64,000 nt of DNA, taken from positions 1 to 64,000 of IMG/VR virus record IMGVR_UViG_3300038393_003162, one strand, 5' to 3'. Shown here one piece after another: positions 1-10,132 of the stretch (the first letter of the stretch is position 1; the number at the start of each line of letters is the position of its first letter). Position numbers and translations under genes: made by a program. This DNA comes from a virus (lineage: Duplodnaviria; Heunggongvirae; Uroviricota; Caudoviricetes). The notes beneath the pieces were generated by a model. That model saw only the letters and a list, made by a program, of their open reading frames with translations. It ran no database searches and was not told where the DNA came from.

Positions 1-288
1 ATGCGAGTCTACTTGACCAAGGACGTATGCCGCACGGGCAAGATCACCGAGGCGGAAGGGACGGTCTTGACGGGTCATCTCGACCGTATCCAGGTCAATG
101 GCATCTCGTCCCATCGACTCGACCGAGTAGTTCACAAGCCCCATTGGCACGAGACCATGGAAGAAGCCCAGACCGAAGTTCAAGGCAGCTTACAGCGAAT
201 GATCGAAGGTCTGGAGCGGTCGATGTCGCGGGACGCCGAACGGCTCGACAAGGCGAGGCAGTGGTTGGTAAAATTCCAGGAGCAATAG
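1..288 (+). CDS. hypothetical protein
   Basis: 95-aa ORF heading a run of tightly packed plus-strand genes. Confidence 0.6.
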   Translation: MRVYLTKDVCRTGKITEAEGTVLTGHLDRIQVNGISSHRLDRVVHKPHWHETMEEAQTEVQGSLQRMIEGLERSMSRDAERLDKARQWLVKFQEQ

Positions 289-290
289 CG

Positions 291-548
291 ATGGGAATGA
301 TCCGATTCAATACGCTCCCCGGCTTGCCGGGGCTGTGGCGGGCATCTCTGGATAACGCGCCGCACATCGGTGGCACCGGTCACACGCCGGAAGCTGCAGC
401 GGGGTGGATGATCCTCAATAACCCCCAGCAATTCGGGGTCAATCATATCCAATGGGACCAGCCTACTCCCGGCGATCTTGACGGCGTGCCGAGGTATCCC
501 TCGGGATTGCAAGAGGTCGCAGACTTAGCCGAAGAGATCAAAACCTAA
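291..548 (+). CDS. hypothetical protein
   Basis: ATG at 291 after AGGAG, immediately after the previous stop. Confidence 0.55.
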   Translation: MGMIRFNTLPGLPGLWRASLDNAPHIGGTGHTPEAAAGWMILNNPQQFGVNHIQWDQPTPGDLDGVPRYPSGLQEVADLAEEIKT

Positions 549-558
549 GGGAACGACC

Positions 559-999
559 ATGACCATCGACGTTTTTCGCGAAGCCTATGCACGGGGTCGG
601 GAGCAGATTAAGCCGTCGGATGCAAAGATCATCTCGATCCGGACCGAAGCCCGCGAGCGGTACAAGACCGAGCTTGCCGATTTCTTCGCGAAGCTCGCAT
701 CCCGGATCGAGGCGGCGGCTGCCAAGGACGAGACGATCTTGAAAGTCCTGGAAGTCGATCTCAAAGACATCGACATCATCCATAAGGAAAAACCCATTCG
801 CCTCCATGGCTTCCATGCCAAGTTGAAATACGGGAGTCCTGCCGACCTGATCTACTTGGAATTGCGACAGATCGGTCTCGATGCGAAATTAAATTACGCA
901 TGGAAGAAGCGGTTCTTCGGGCTTACCTTGGGACATCCTCTCCGATTCTGGCTCTGGATCGACCTGACCAAACTCTCCAGCATGGAGTCCGTATCATGA
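559..999 (+). CDS. hypothetical protein, paralog family A (1 of 3)
   Basis: EAYARGR...RIEAAA pattern shared with the next two ORFs. Confidence 0.7.
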   Translation: MTIDVFREAYARGREQIKPSDAKIISIRTEARERYKTELADFFAKLASRIEAAAAKDETILKVLEVDLKDIDIIHKEKPIRLHGFHAKLKYGSPADLIYLELRQIGLDAKLNYAWKKRFFGLTLGHPLRFWLWIDLTKLSSMESVS

Positions 1000-1403
1000 T
1001 AACCAAGATGACCTTCGTCGAGGCATTCTCCAGGGGGCAAACTCGCGCGGCGGAAGCCGCCAAGAAGCAGCGTGCCGCGATCTACGAGAAGCACCAGAAG
1101 GAGATCGACGAATTCATCGCCACGCTCCCCGGCAAGATCGAGGAGGCGGTCGCTGCGGGTCAAAGCACCATGCGGGTCATGACCGTCCCCCGTCGCGACC
1201 TAAGCGATGACTTCAACAACCTCAAGCCTCACTCGTTGTCCAGCATCCTGCTGGCATCGTTGAAGGGCTACGGTCTCGATGTCCGACTCCAGACACAGCC
1301 CCGAAATACGTTTTGGGCGAAATTCGTTTTAAACCTCACGAGTCGAATCATCAGAGATACCTATATCTCGATCAACCTGAACGGTCCGATGTACATTCCG
1401 TGA
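996..1403 (+). CDS. hypothetical protein, paralog family A (2 of 3)
   Basis: ATGA overlap with the previous gene; EAFSRGQ...KIEEAV. Confidence 0.7.
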   Translation: MITKMTFVEAFSRGQTRAAEAAKKQRAAIYEKHQKEIDEFIATLPGKIEEAVAAGQSTMRVMTVPRRDLSDDFNNLKPHSLSSILLASLKGYGLDVRLQTQPRNTFWAKFVLNLTSRIIRDTYISINLNGPMYIP

Positions 1404-1452
1404 ATCGGAGTTTTTGGTCTTTCGTCCCTGTCCTTCATTCGAGACCCGTCCA

Positions 1453-1914
1453 ATGAACTTGAACAAGGAATTAGTCCAGGAAGCCATCAAGCGGGGCGAG
1501 AACCGTTTCCGCGCTACTAAACTGTGCAACCAACAGGCGCGTGATGCAAAACGGGAGGAACTGAGGAAGAAGCACGAAGACGACCTCCTTTGGCTTCTTG
1601 CCAACGTGACCAATCGCATCGAGGACGCCGTTGCTCAAGGCGTTTGGAAGCTGAGAGTCGTAGACATCGATTACAACGATCTCAAGGACCATTGGGGAGA
1701 GACCGCCTTCCCCGTTGCCGGATCGCTCGGCGAGGTCATCTGTGACGCCTTGGCGGATGCCGGTCTCACCGTCCTCTGCAAGTACGAAGACGTGGACTCG
1801 TTATCATCCCTTTCCGAATATCTCCGCTTTTACCTCCGCAGGATGTGCTTCCTGAAGCGGAAGGCGTGGATCGAGGTTGTGTTTCGCGAGCTAAAATCGC
1901 CCGTACCAGCCTGA
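1453..1914 (+). CDS. hypothetical protein, paralog family A (3 of 3)
   Basis: EAIKRGE...RIEDAV. Confidence 0.7.
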   Translation: MNLNKELVQEAIKRGENRFRATKLCNQQARDAKREELRKKHEDDLLWLLANVTNRIEDAVAQGVWKLRVVDIDYNDLKDHWGETAFPVAGSLGEVICDALADAGLTVLCKYEDVDSLSSLSEYLRFYLRRMCFLKRKAWIEVVFRELKSPVPA

Positions 1915-1965
1915 GAATCAGTTGCTTCTCGTCCGTTCCTTGGGTCTAGAATCAGGACTTCGCCG

Positions 1966-3123
1966 ATGCCGATGTTCAACCGTCGCGGTCTGTTCAAGTC
2001 GGGGATCTTGGGATTGATCGCCCCGTCGGTGGCGAAAGCCGCCCCGGAAATGGTCGTCGCCGAGACCTCGTTCCTGTCAGTCCCCACGGTCCTGCCGGGC
2101 ATCGGCGAAGTCCAGGTGATCGACCATGTCCAGCAGATCTACTACTTCAAGGATCTTGCCGGAATCCAGAAATGGATGAAGGCTGGTCTCCTTCATCGCG
2201 AGGACGGTCCCGCCAAGATCGACGCAAACGGCAATCGATCTTGGTATCAGGACGACAAGCTCCACCGAATTGACGGACCAGCGATCGAATACACCAACGG
2301 GACCAAGAGTTGGTATCAGGAGGGCATGCTCCATCGCGAGGACGGACCCGCCGTCGAGCATTACGATGGTCGCAAAGAGTGGTATCAGAATGGCAAACTC
2401 CATCGCGAGGATGGACCCGCTATCGAGTATGACAGCGGCGATACGTCTTGGTATCAGAATGGCAAACTTCATCGCGAGGATGGACCCGCTATCGAGTATG
2501 GCAGCGGCGACACGTCTTGGTATCAGAACGGACTACTCCATCGCGAGGATGGACCCGCCGTTGAATGTGGACAATACTATAAGGCTTGGTATCAGAATGG
2601 TAAACTCCATCGTCTCGATGGTCCCGCCAAGATCGAAGGACACTCAGGCAATCCGCAATATAAGCAATACTGGTATCGAAACGGCAAGTGGCATCGCGAG
2701 GATGGTCCCGCCATCGAATGGGCTGATGGTCACAAGGAATGGTGGCTGGACGGCAAGTGGCATCGCGAGGATGGTCCCGCCGTCGAGTATGTTGATGGAA
2801 CCAAGGAATGGCATCAGAATGGCAAACTCCATCGCCTCGACGGTCCCGCCAAAGAATCTAAAAACGGCAAAAGCAAAGGCAATGAATGGTTTATTAACGA
2901 CACGCGACTTGATAAGCCCTATTTCGACCAGGTTGTTAAGCATTTCAAGCCCAGACTCCTTGATCTCAAAATTAACAACGCTATTCTTACCGATCCTCGT
3001 GTCAGGCGACTCGCCCTCGGTCTCACGCTCCGAGCCTTCTGCGAGATTAATAACGTCGACCCGGTGGAGCAGAGGCAGTTGGAGCGGTCGGAACAGCCCT
3101 TACTCGAATCAGCTTCAGCCTGA
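1966..3123 (+). CDS. HREDGPA-repeat protein with Tat-like signal and C-terminal HTH-like segment
   Basis: NRRGLFK followed by a hydrophobic stretch and AKA; about 11 repeats of WYxxGxLHRxDGPAxE; C-terminal RLALGLTLRAFC..QLER. Confidence 0.85.
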   Translation: MPMFNRRGLFKSGILGLIAPSVAKAAPEMVVAETSFLSVPTVLPGIGEVQVIDHVQQIYYFKDLAGIQKWMKAGLLHREDGPAKIDANGNRSWYQDDKLHRIDGPAIEYTNGTKSWYQEGMLHREDGPAVEHYDGRKEWYQNGKLHREDGPAIEYDSGDTSWYQNGKLHREDGPAIEYGSGDTSWYQNGLLHREDGPAVECGQYYKAWYQNGKLHRLDGPAKIEGHSGNPQYKQYWYRNGKWHREDGPAIEWADGHKEWWLDGKWHREDGPAVEYVDGTKEWHQNGKLHRLDGPAKESKNGKSKGNEWFINDTRLDKPYFDQVVKHFKPRLLDLKINNAILTDPRVRRLALGLTLRAFCEINNVDPVEQRQLERSEQPLLESASA

Positions 3124-3134
3124 GGATGTCAGTC

Positions 3135-4127
3135 ATGAACTTCAATCGTCGCGGTCTGTTCAAGTCGGGGATCTTGGGATTGATCGCCCCGTCGGTGGTG
3201 AAGACCGTTCCCAGCGGGGTTGCTTCCGAAACTCCTTTTCTTTCAGCGCCGACGATGCTGAAGGGCGTCGGCGAACTCCAGGTGATCGACCTTGAAAAGC
3301 AGATCATCCGGCTCAAAGACATGGTCGGCACGACCAAATGGATGAAAGACGGTACGTATCATCGCGAGGGCGGTCCTGCCCTCGAAGACGCCAACGGGAA
3401 CAGATGGTGGTATCGGGACGGCAAAATTCATCGGGAAAACGGTCCAGCGATCGAAGGAGCGGATGGTTCGAAGCGGTGGTATCTGAATGGCGAACGCCAT
3501 CGCACCGATGGACCTGCTGTTGAGAAAGCGGATGGCTCGAAGCAGTGGTATCTGAACGGCAAGAAACACCGAATTGATGGTCCCGCTGTGGAAGACCGTA
3601 ACGGAGACCAAGAATGGTGGGTGAATGGAGAACGTCATCGCACCGATGGACCTGCCATCGAGAAGGTTTATGGCGGGAAATATTGGTATCAGAATGGCAA
3701 ACGCCACCGGACTGATGGACCTGCCATCGAGTATGCGACTGGCACCAGGTCATGGTATGTTGACGGGAAACTCCACCGGCTTGACGGTCCTGCCGTTGAG
3801 GACGCCAATGGTGAAAGGAAATGGTTCGTAAACGATCGACTTCATCGGCTCGACGGACCTGCATGTGAATATGCTGATGGGGATGTGGGGTGGTTCATCA
3901 ACGGCAACCGGCTCTCGAAAGCCAAATTCAACAAGATCATCGGTCGCTTCAAGCCCAAGCTCATTGATCTCAAGGTTAACAATGCCATCCTCACGGATCT
4001 ACGTACCCAGCGACTTACCCTTGGTCTCACTTTCCGAGCCTTCTGCAAAATTAATAACGTTAATCCCGTCGAACAGAGGCAGTTGGAGCGGTCGGAACAG
4101 CCCTTACTCGAATCGGCTTCAGCCTGA
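3135..4127 (+). CDS. HREDGPA-repeat protein with Tat-like signal (paralog)
   Basis: same architecture; N- and C-termini near-identical to 1966..3123. Confidence 0.85.
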   Translation: MNFNRRGLFKSGILGLIAPSVVKTVPSGVASETPFLSAPTMLKGVGELQVIDLEKQIIRLKDMVGTTKWMKDGTYHREGGPALEDANGNRWWYRDGKIHRENGPAIEGADGSKRWYLNGERHRTDGPAVEKADGSKQWYLNGKKHRIDGPAVEDRNGDQEWWVNGERHRTDGPAIEKVYGGKYWYQNGKRHRTDGPAIEYATGTRSWYVDGKLHRLDGPAVEDANGERKWFVNDRLHRLDGPACEYADGDVGWFINGNRLSKAKFNKIIGRFKPKLIDLKVNNAILTDLRTQRLTLGLTFRAFCKINNVNPVEQRQLERSEQPLLESASA

Positions 4128-4138
4128 GGACATCGGTC

Positions 4139-5005
4139 ATGAACTTCAATCGTCGTGGTCTGTTCAAGTCGGGGATCGCCGGGCTGTTCACCGGCACGGT
4201 TTCTTCTAAACCGATCAGCCCGGTCGCGTCACCGATCGCAACCCCGACCCTGGTGCCGGGTGTCGGGGTAGTGCAGATCATCGACCCGGTCCAGAAGCTC
4301 GTCTACTTCAAAGACCTTGAGGGAATGTCGAAGTGGATGAAGGACGGGATTTTGCATCGCGAGGATGGTCCTGCAATTGAGGAAGCCGATGGTCGCAAGG
4401 AATGGTATCTGAATGGACAACTCCATCGCGAAGATGGTCCAGCCATCGAATGTGCCAATGGTCGCAAGGAATGGTATCTGAATGGACAACGTCATCGCGA
4501 GGATGGTCCCGCCATCGAGCATTACGATGGAGGCAAGGAATGGTATCAGAACAGCAAGCTTCATCGCGAAGATGGTCCTGCTGTCGAATACGCTGATGGC
4601 ACTAAGGAATGGTATCAGAACGACAATCGGCATCGCATCGATGGTCCAGCCTGCGAATATGCCAATGGTAACAGGAAGTGGTGGGTGAACGGCAAACGAC
4701 ACCGGATCGACGGTCCTGCTGTCGAATACGTTGATGGCACTAAGGAATGGTATCTCGACGGCAGGCAGGTCGGCGAATCCGAATTCCACAGGCTCGTCGC
4801 CAGGTACACCAAGCCTAAGCCCAGGCTCCTCGGAATCCAGGTCGCAGCCCGATCCTTGAGTGATCCCCGAGTTCAAAGACTCGCCCTCGGTCTCACGCTC
4901 CGGACATTTTGCAAGCTCAATGGTCTCGACCCGGTAGAGCGGCGGCAACTCGAACGCTCCACACTCTCCCTCCCGACTCCGATTAATACCAGGGAATTGT
5001 TATGA
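4139..5005 (+). CDS. HREDGPA-repeat protein with Tat-like signal (paralog)
   Basis: same architecture, about 6 repeats. Confidence 0.85.
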   Translation: MNFNRRGLFKSGIAGLFTGTVSSKPISPVASPIATPTLVPGVGVVQIIDPVQKLVYFKDLEGMSKWMKDGILHREDGPAIEEADGRKEWYLNGQLHREDGPAIECANGRKEWYLNGQRHREDGPAIEHYDGGKEWYQNSKLHREDGPAVEYADGTKEWYQNDNRHRIDGPACEYANGNRKWWVNGKRHRIDGPAVEYVDGTKEWYLDGRQVGESEFHRLVARYTKPKPRLLGIQVAARSLSDPRVQRLALGLTLRTFCKLNGLDPVERRQLERSTLSLPTPINTRELL

Positions 5006-5247
5006 CCACCGACTGGACCGAGGACGTCCCCCAGACCGAGGGGCAGTACCCGATCCGGTACAAGTACCGGGGTCAAGGTCCCGTCGAAGCCCTCTGTCGC
5101 GTCATACGGCTAAAGAGCGGGACCGCACTGGTCCTCGCCGACCGCAAGCATCTGTTCACGTACCGCCCCGGCAATCCATACCCACGCGGGGCACACACGC
5201 CGGGATCGAGGATACTCTTCGGTCCCAAAATCCTATCGGAGGAATAG
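5002..5247 (+). CDS. hypothetical protein
   Basis: ATGA overlap; WxxDxPxxxGxY and FGPKI shared with the C-terminal half of the next ORF. Confidence 0.65.
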   Translation: MTTDWTEDVPQTEGQYPIRYKYRGQGPVEALCRVIRLKSGTALVLADRKHLFTYRPGNPYPRGAHTPGSRILFGPKILSEE

Positions 5248-5249
5248 CA

Positions 5250-5723
5250 ATGATCATTACCGCGATCACCGACCAGGGCGAGGAACTCTTGGTCGAGGGT
5301 GCCGACTTCGGAGACCTCGGGGACGCAGCCGGGGGCGACTTCCTCGGCGAACTCTGCGAGCAGCATCCCGGCAAGACCGTGGTCGAATTCCGACTCAAGT
5401 ACACCGACGGCGAGTCGTTCCAGACCGGGGGCGAGCCGAAACAGGAATACTCCCCGTGGTCCAAGGACATACCCACGGAGCAGGGCTGGTACTGGATCGA
5501 GATCGCCATGCCCAACAAGTCCCAACCGTCCGGCAAGTCGGTCACGACCTACCCGTGCCTGGTGACGCCGAATGAGGACGGGACCACTTACATCCAACTC
5601 GTCGAGGGCGCGACTTTCGTCCACCAGCCGAGGATTGGATTGGTCTATCACGCCTCGGGGAAACCGCTTCGCCTGCAGAAGGTCCGCTTCGGTCCTAAAA
5701 TCTCCGACGCGCCTCCCGGTTAA
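5250..5723 (+). CDS. hypothetical protein
   Basis: GGAGG RBS; WSKDIPTEQGWY...FGPKI. Confidence 0.7.
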   Translation: MIITAITDQGEELLVEGADFGDLGDAAGGDFLGELCEQHPGKTVVEFRLKYTDGESFQTGGEPKQEYSPWSKDIPTEQGWYWIEIAMPNKSQPSGKSVTTYPCLVTPNEDGTTYIQLVEGATFVHQPRIGLVYHASGKPLRLQKVRFGPKISDAPPG

Positions 5724-5845
5724 TATCGAGGTTTTACGAACATGCCGGACGACACCCGGCTCCTCTTCAATGCCGGGGAATTCTTCGGGAGGGGAAAATA
5801 TCCCCTCCCACTCCCGATCCGCCCCGAAGAAATAAATATTCACGC

Positions 5846-5874
5846 TTGACACCACGCATCCAAAGAGGTACGAT
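5846..5874 (+). promoter_or_regulatory. sigma70-type promoter
   Basis: TTGACA-17 bp-TACGAT with an AT-rich upstream region; GGAGG RBS and a short ORF follow. Confidence 0.6.
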
Positions 5875-6079
5875 CGATCGAGACGATTTCCATCCTTCCT
5901 TGGAGGTTTACAACCATGACTCGCTCATCCGAGGATCTCACCAGCCGCTCCTCCGACTACGGTCCCCTGACCAGTCTCGCATGGAAGGAAATCTGCCAGC
6001 AAGCTGGGATCGACGGCAAGAACTAGACCAATCCCAGGATCACCGACTTCTTCAAGACACTCCTGAAGAAATGAACGAA

Positions 6080-6470
6080 GGGACCAAATGAATAAACCTC
6101 TCAACGGAAATTTCCGTTGAAAGGTTTTCTTTGTCATGATCGTTGTCGCGACCAGGCAGATGGGACCGAGTTTTAATAGCAAAAAATCAAAGTTATTTCG
6201 GTGTGATTTTGCTGCAAGATGTCGCGTGGGGGATGGGACCAAAGTTCGAGACGGGGTGTGGAACCAAAGACCAGTATGGGGAAATTTTACAAAGATGGGA
6301 CCGGGAATGGAACCAAAGTCCTGTGGCGGGATTTCAAACTAGGTCGGGGATGGGGAAATGTTACAAACTCTGCGGCGGGGGTTGAACTAAGGATGGAGCC
6401 AAAGTCCTGTGGCGGGATTTCAAACTAGGTTTCGGTCCAAGAGAAAGACACTGTGCGGTAGATGTGGAAC
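6080..6470. repeat. non-coding direct-repeat region at a convergent strand switch
   Basis: 38-bp direct repeat at 6307-6344 and 6393-6430; ATGGGGAAATnTTACAAA twice; several GG(A)ACCAAAG-like units. Confidence 0.7.
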
Positions 6471-6626
6471 CCCCGGCGGTTATAACTTATCATCATATAA
6501 AAGTGAATTAATTGTTTGTCCTGTATAAATGATACAATGTTCTTATAATCACTACTACATGTGTTAGGCATAAAGATAGCCGGGGTTGTTAGCCCCGGCT
6601 TATGCTGATCTACTTATACGTAGAGG

Positions 6627-6971
6627 TCAATCTTCCTTGCAGGCTCCCCGTCCCTTGTGCTGGGCGAGCCGTCCGGTTGGGATCTCGCGTCCGCACTTGG
6701 GGCATACGGCAAAGGTGCGATGACGGCTGGACTTGCCGTGATGGTTGCGGCGCTCTTCGGTGGAGTACACCTTGACGGTCCAGGTGCCAGGAACCACCGT
6801 GCCGTCAACCCGGATACGGTCGTGAGGCAAGACAACATCCTTGAATTCCCCCTTGAAGTCGGCAGGCATGTGGGTCGTGCCATACTCCCCTTCAACCTTG
6901 ATGCCAACCAAGCTGAGCAGGAAAGCGATCAACATCGGCTGCCGAACCTTGAAGCGATAGTCACTAGCCAT
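6627..6971 (-). CDS. hypothetical protein with C-terminal CxxC..H..C zinc-finger-like motif
   Basis: CPKCGREIPTGRLAQHKGRGAC; 17-bp motif upstream at 7020; hairpin downstream at 6578-6599. Confidence 0.7.
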   Translation of the reverse strand: MASDYRFKVRQPMLIAFLLSLVGIKVEGEYGTTHMPADFKGEFKDVVLPHDRIRVDGTVVPGTWTVKVYSTEERRNHHGKSSRHRTFAVCPKCGREIPTGRLAQHKGRGACKED

Positions 6972-7154
6972 CTTCGTTACCCCTTGTGTACTTCCTGGCG
7001 AACCCCGCCAGGGTAAGGCTAAGGGTACATCCGGCTAATACAAGTCCTAATCCAAGCATAAACAACAATAAGTATGTTTATTATTCAACGTCTATACGTG
7101 TAAAATGTGCCTGGATACACTCGCATAAGTATCCAGGCACATTTGACAAAATTG

Positions 7155-7583
7155 CTAGGCGTATGCTCGCTTGGCAAGGAAAACGTCAATGCTCTGTTGC
7201 AGGGCGTGGGCGAAGTCATCGGCGGGCATAGGGGTATGGTCCAGCCCGCTAAGATTAAACTCGCACATACCTTGACCGTAGAAATTCAACGCACGTGTCA
7301 CGTCTGGCAACCGGGTCCAGGCGTCGATACGCTTGAAGACGGCTTTGTCTTCCACGCCCATGAACATCATTGCCATGAAGCCGACATTGTTGACGTTGAC
7401 GGTGGACATCATGGCAGCCCACGCCGCAAATTTCATGGGGTCTTTGGTGGTCGAGCAGGTCTTGAGCAGGCGTCCCTTGCGCTTGCCCTTGGAGCAGATT
7501 GCCGAGTGGATCAGGTCGATATCCCTCGGCTCCAGCATGCCCAAGACCAAGCCAAGATCGATCAGCGAATCAAGCCAAAGCAT
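7155..7583 (-). CDS. hypothetical protein
   Basis: motif at 7631, AAGGGG RBS, stop abuts a palindrome. Confidence 0.7.
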   Translation of the reverse strand: MLWLDSLIDLGLVLGMLEPRDIDLIHSAICSKGKRKGRLLKTCSTTKDPMKFAAWAAMMSTVNVNNVGFMAMMFMGVEDKAVFKRIDAWTRLPDVTRALNFYGQGMCEFNLSGLDHTPMPADDFAHALQQSIDVFLAKRAYA

Positions 7584-7706
7584 CACGTTACCCCTTGAGT
7601 TGTCTGCCTGGCACCGTGCCAGGGTAAACCTGAGGGCGTGTCCGGTTATTGAATGACGCAACACCTAAGAACGAGAGCTTGTATGCTCTCGTTCTTAGGC
7701 TCAGAA

Positions 7707-7922
7707 TCAACGAGACACGACGGTCGCCGTTCTGATCGGCTTCTTAAGCCCTCGCTTGAACTTGCCGGTGTACCCTTCGGCGATCAACCACCGCCTTAGA
7801 AGCTTCCGGGCTCCCCTGCGGCAGGGTGTCTCTATCGAGAAACCCTCACACAAATCGACACCAACAGACGACTCGACACTGCCGTTACTGAGGCGGCATT
7901 GTTTGCGATAGAAGGTAAGCAC
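7707..7922 (-). CDS. hypothetical protein
   Basis: motif at 7973; hairpin after the stop. Confidence 0.55.
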   Translation of the reverse strand: MLTFYRKQCRLSNGSVESSVGVDLCEGFSIETPCRRGARKLLRRWLIAEGYTGKFKRGLKKPIRTATVVSR

Positions 7923-8104
7923 GATTCGGTCCTCGGGGTTCGCGGTGTCGAAGTCACTCGCTTCGACACCACAGAGGGTGAATCCGTGTAATATATCCCA
8001 GCCAATAATAAACAGCTACTTGAGTGTTCAAATTTAATTAATTATAGGCGTAAAACGTGCCTGGATATACACTCATAAGTATCCAGGCACGTTTTACAAA
8101 ATTG

Positions 8105-8422
8105 CTAGGCAATCCACTCGCCCTTAACGCCGTGGAATTCCCGTTTGCCCTTGGCTTCAGGGGCGTGGATTTCCGGCCAGTGAACGGTGATCAGTCCCCG
8201 CTGGTTGGGTACGTCGCCAGCGGGGATGACGAGGCAATCCCACGCCGGAGTGTTGTCCGGATGGCTCTTGCACCACTTGCAGTCACACCCGCCGTCGATT
8301 GGTCGCTGAAGCTCCGGGCTCAGCGTGATGTAAACCCTGCCGTCTTCAAGACGCAGGGCATGCATGCTGAGCGAGGACGGCGACAGGCTCTTCGCGATGG
8401 ACTCAGGAGCAACCACGTTCAT
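8105..8422 (-). CDS. hypothetical protein (CxCxxC)
   Basis: motif at 8468, GGAG RBS. Confidence 0.65.
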   Translation of the reverse strand: MNVVAPESIAKSLSPSSLSMHALRLEDGRVYITLSPELQRPIDGGCDCKWCKSHPDNTPAWDCLVIPAGDVPNQRGLITVHWPEIHAPEAKGKREFHGVKGEWIA

Positions 8423-8546
8423 CTCGATCTCTCCGGGGTTATGCCTGGCACCTCGCCAGGACATCGCCAAGGGTACGTCCGGCTATTGGAGGTTTGGGCA
8501 AAGCAAGAGACAGGGGACTGATCCCCTGTCTCTCTGTCCGTCCCGA

Positions 8547-8783
8547 TCAGATGACGAGGCTAACTGGCTCACCGACTTGGGTGCAGACTAGGTCGCCGTC
8601 CTGATTGGGTTCAAAGACGGCAGGCGGGCATTGATAGTGGTCGCGTGCGTAAAGCTCGACCTTGCTCGGGGAATCTTCGTTGCCGTAGATGAGAGCAGCT
8701 TTGTAGTCGGTCGCATTGGGGATCTTGTGGACGTCCTGCAGCCACTTCAGGTCTTCGGTCGTGTCGAGATAAAATACCGACAT
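8547..8783 (-). CDS. hypothetical protein
   Basis: motif at 8822, AGGAG RBS. Confidence 0.7.
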   Translation of the reverse strand: MSVFYLDTTEDLKWLQDVHKIPNATDYKAALIYGNEDSPSKVELYARDHYQCPPAVFEPNQDGDLVCTQVGEPVSLVI

Positions 8784-8845
8784 TTCGATCACTCCTGAGA
8801 GGTTGTTGAACGGAACGTTGTAGAGGGTGTTTCCGGTCTTAGTCT

Positions 8846-9031
8846 TCACCTCCCGATTCCTAGCACGCCGAAAATGAGGAACATTCCTCCACCGATGACG
8901 GCGATCGGCAGCGCCACACTCGCGATTGCAGCGATGATGGCAAGCCCGCAGGTGAGGATGACGAAGACAGGGACACAGAACACTGCCCCGACAATCAACG
9001 CCACCATGATATTCGCAATGAGATCGATCAT
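8846..9031 (-). CDS. small membrane protein (2 TM)
   Basis: 61-aa hydrophobic ORF, AAGGA RBS. Confidence 0.65.
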   Translation of the reverse strand: MIDLIANIMVALIVGAVFCVPVFVILTCGLAIIAAIASVALPIAVIGGGMFLIFGVLGIGR

Positions 9032-9058
9032 TTGATATTCCTTTCTTTCCTGATCTCA

Positions 9059-9087
9059 ATGATACGATTGGTCACGGCAGATGTCAA
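9059..9087 (-). promoter_or_regulatory. sigma70-type promoter
   Basis: TTGACA-17 bp-TATCAT upstream of 8846..9031. Confidence 0.65.
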
Positions 9088-9242
9088 GTGCCGGGGACTT
9101 CGGTATGTCCTCCCTCAAGGGTGTATCCGGTCAATAGCCTCAGCAGGATGACTGATTGCGATTGAGCTTATCTATTCTATAAATGCGTATATGCCTATGT
9201 GTCCACACTCAGTTAGGTGGACACATAGGCATATAGACAAAA

Positions 9243-9425
9243 TTACGAGGCGCGGTCGAAGCGGTCACGCTCTCTCACGTCCCGCAGGGACTCGTGCCGC
9301 CGCAGGCTATGTCGCTCGTAACGGCGGGACTCGCGGTCCTTGCGGTTGGTCGCTTCGGTGACGATCTGGAAGACGTTGTTCTCGGGGTAGTTGAAGACGA
9401 CGTTTTTGCGGAACGTGCGAGCCAT
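9243..9425 (-). CDS. small basic hypothetical protein
   Basis: motif at 9469, GGAG RBS. Confidence 0.65.
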   Translation of the reverse strand: MARTFRKNVVFNYPENNVFQIVTEATNRKDRESRRYERHSLRRHESLRDVRERDRFDRAS

Positions 9426-9596
9426 TGTCCGATTCTCCAGGGAAGGATTTGTCGTCAACTGACGCACTTAAGGGGACATCCGGTTTTAATTCGTCTTAGA
9501 GAACAATAACTCCTGAAGATGTGTTGTTGGTTATAAGCGTTTATGCGTCTACGTATCCATGTTCTCCAGTGAACACGTAGACGCATAAACAAAATA

Positions 9597-9773
9597 CTAG
9601 GCGGGGATGAGTCGGAGTTGATCGAGAGACCGGAGCCGGGCGCGAACTTCGCTCATCTTGACTGGTTTGGGCTGCGGGAAGCGGTCACGCTCCAGCCGGT
9701 CACGCTGGTGCTTGCCGACTTTCTTTCGCTCGGGGACTTGGATCATCGCGCCTTTGGCAATCGTGCGGCTCAT
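9597..9773 (-). CDS. small basic hypothetical protein (58 aa, below the ORF-track cutoff)
   Basis: translated by hand: MSRTIAKGAMIQVPERKKV...LIPA*; AAGGAG RBS; motif at 9813. Confidence 0.6.
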   Translation of the reverse strand: MSRTIAKGAMIQVPERKKVGKHQRDRLERDRFPQPKPVKMSEVRARLRSLDQLRLIPA

Positions 9774-9827
9774 TGGTCTCGCTCCTTAGGGGTGAAGTTG
9801 GGTTTGTGATTCTGAGGGCGTATCCTG

Positions 9828-10016
9828 TTATTGGTAAGCAGGCTCGGGCGAGTAAATCAGTATGAAGACATCGGAGTCATCAGGGGGCATTGCGACGACC
9901 TCATCTATAGACACATTGACATACTTGTAAATGCTGACACAAACCATCGTAACGACAATGGCAACGACAATGCTTTGAACGGCTGCCATGAAAACCGCCT
10001 GGAGGTAATGCCACAC
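9828..10016 (-). CDS. small membrane protein
   Basis: N-terminal TM; stop TAA lies inside the next motif. Confidence 0.6.
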   Translation of the reverse strand: MWHYLQAVFMAAVQSIVVAIVVTMVCVSIYKYVNVSIDEVVAMPPDDSDVFILIYSPEPAYQ

Positions 10017-10132
10017 TGTAATACTCCCTGAAGGTTGTTGATCGATGCTTCGTTGAGGGTATGTCCGGCTTTTAATGAGTTGAGCGAGGCGAAGAGGGGG
10101 ATTTCTCCCCCTCGTTTGCTTTGTTGTTTATA

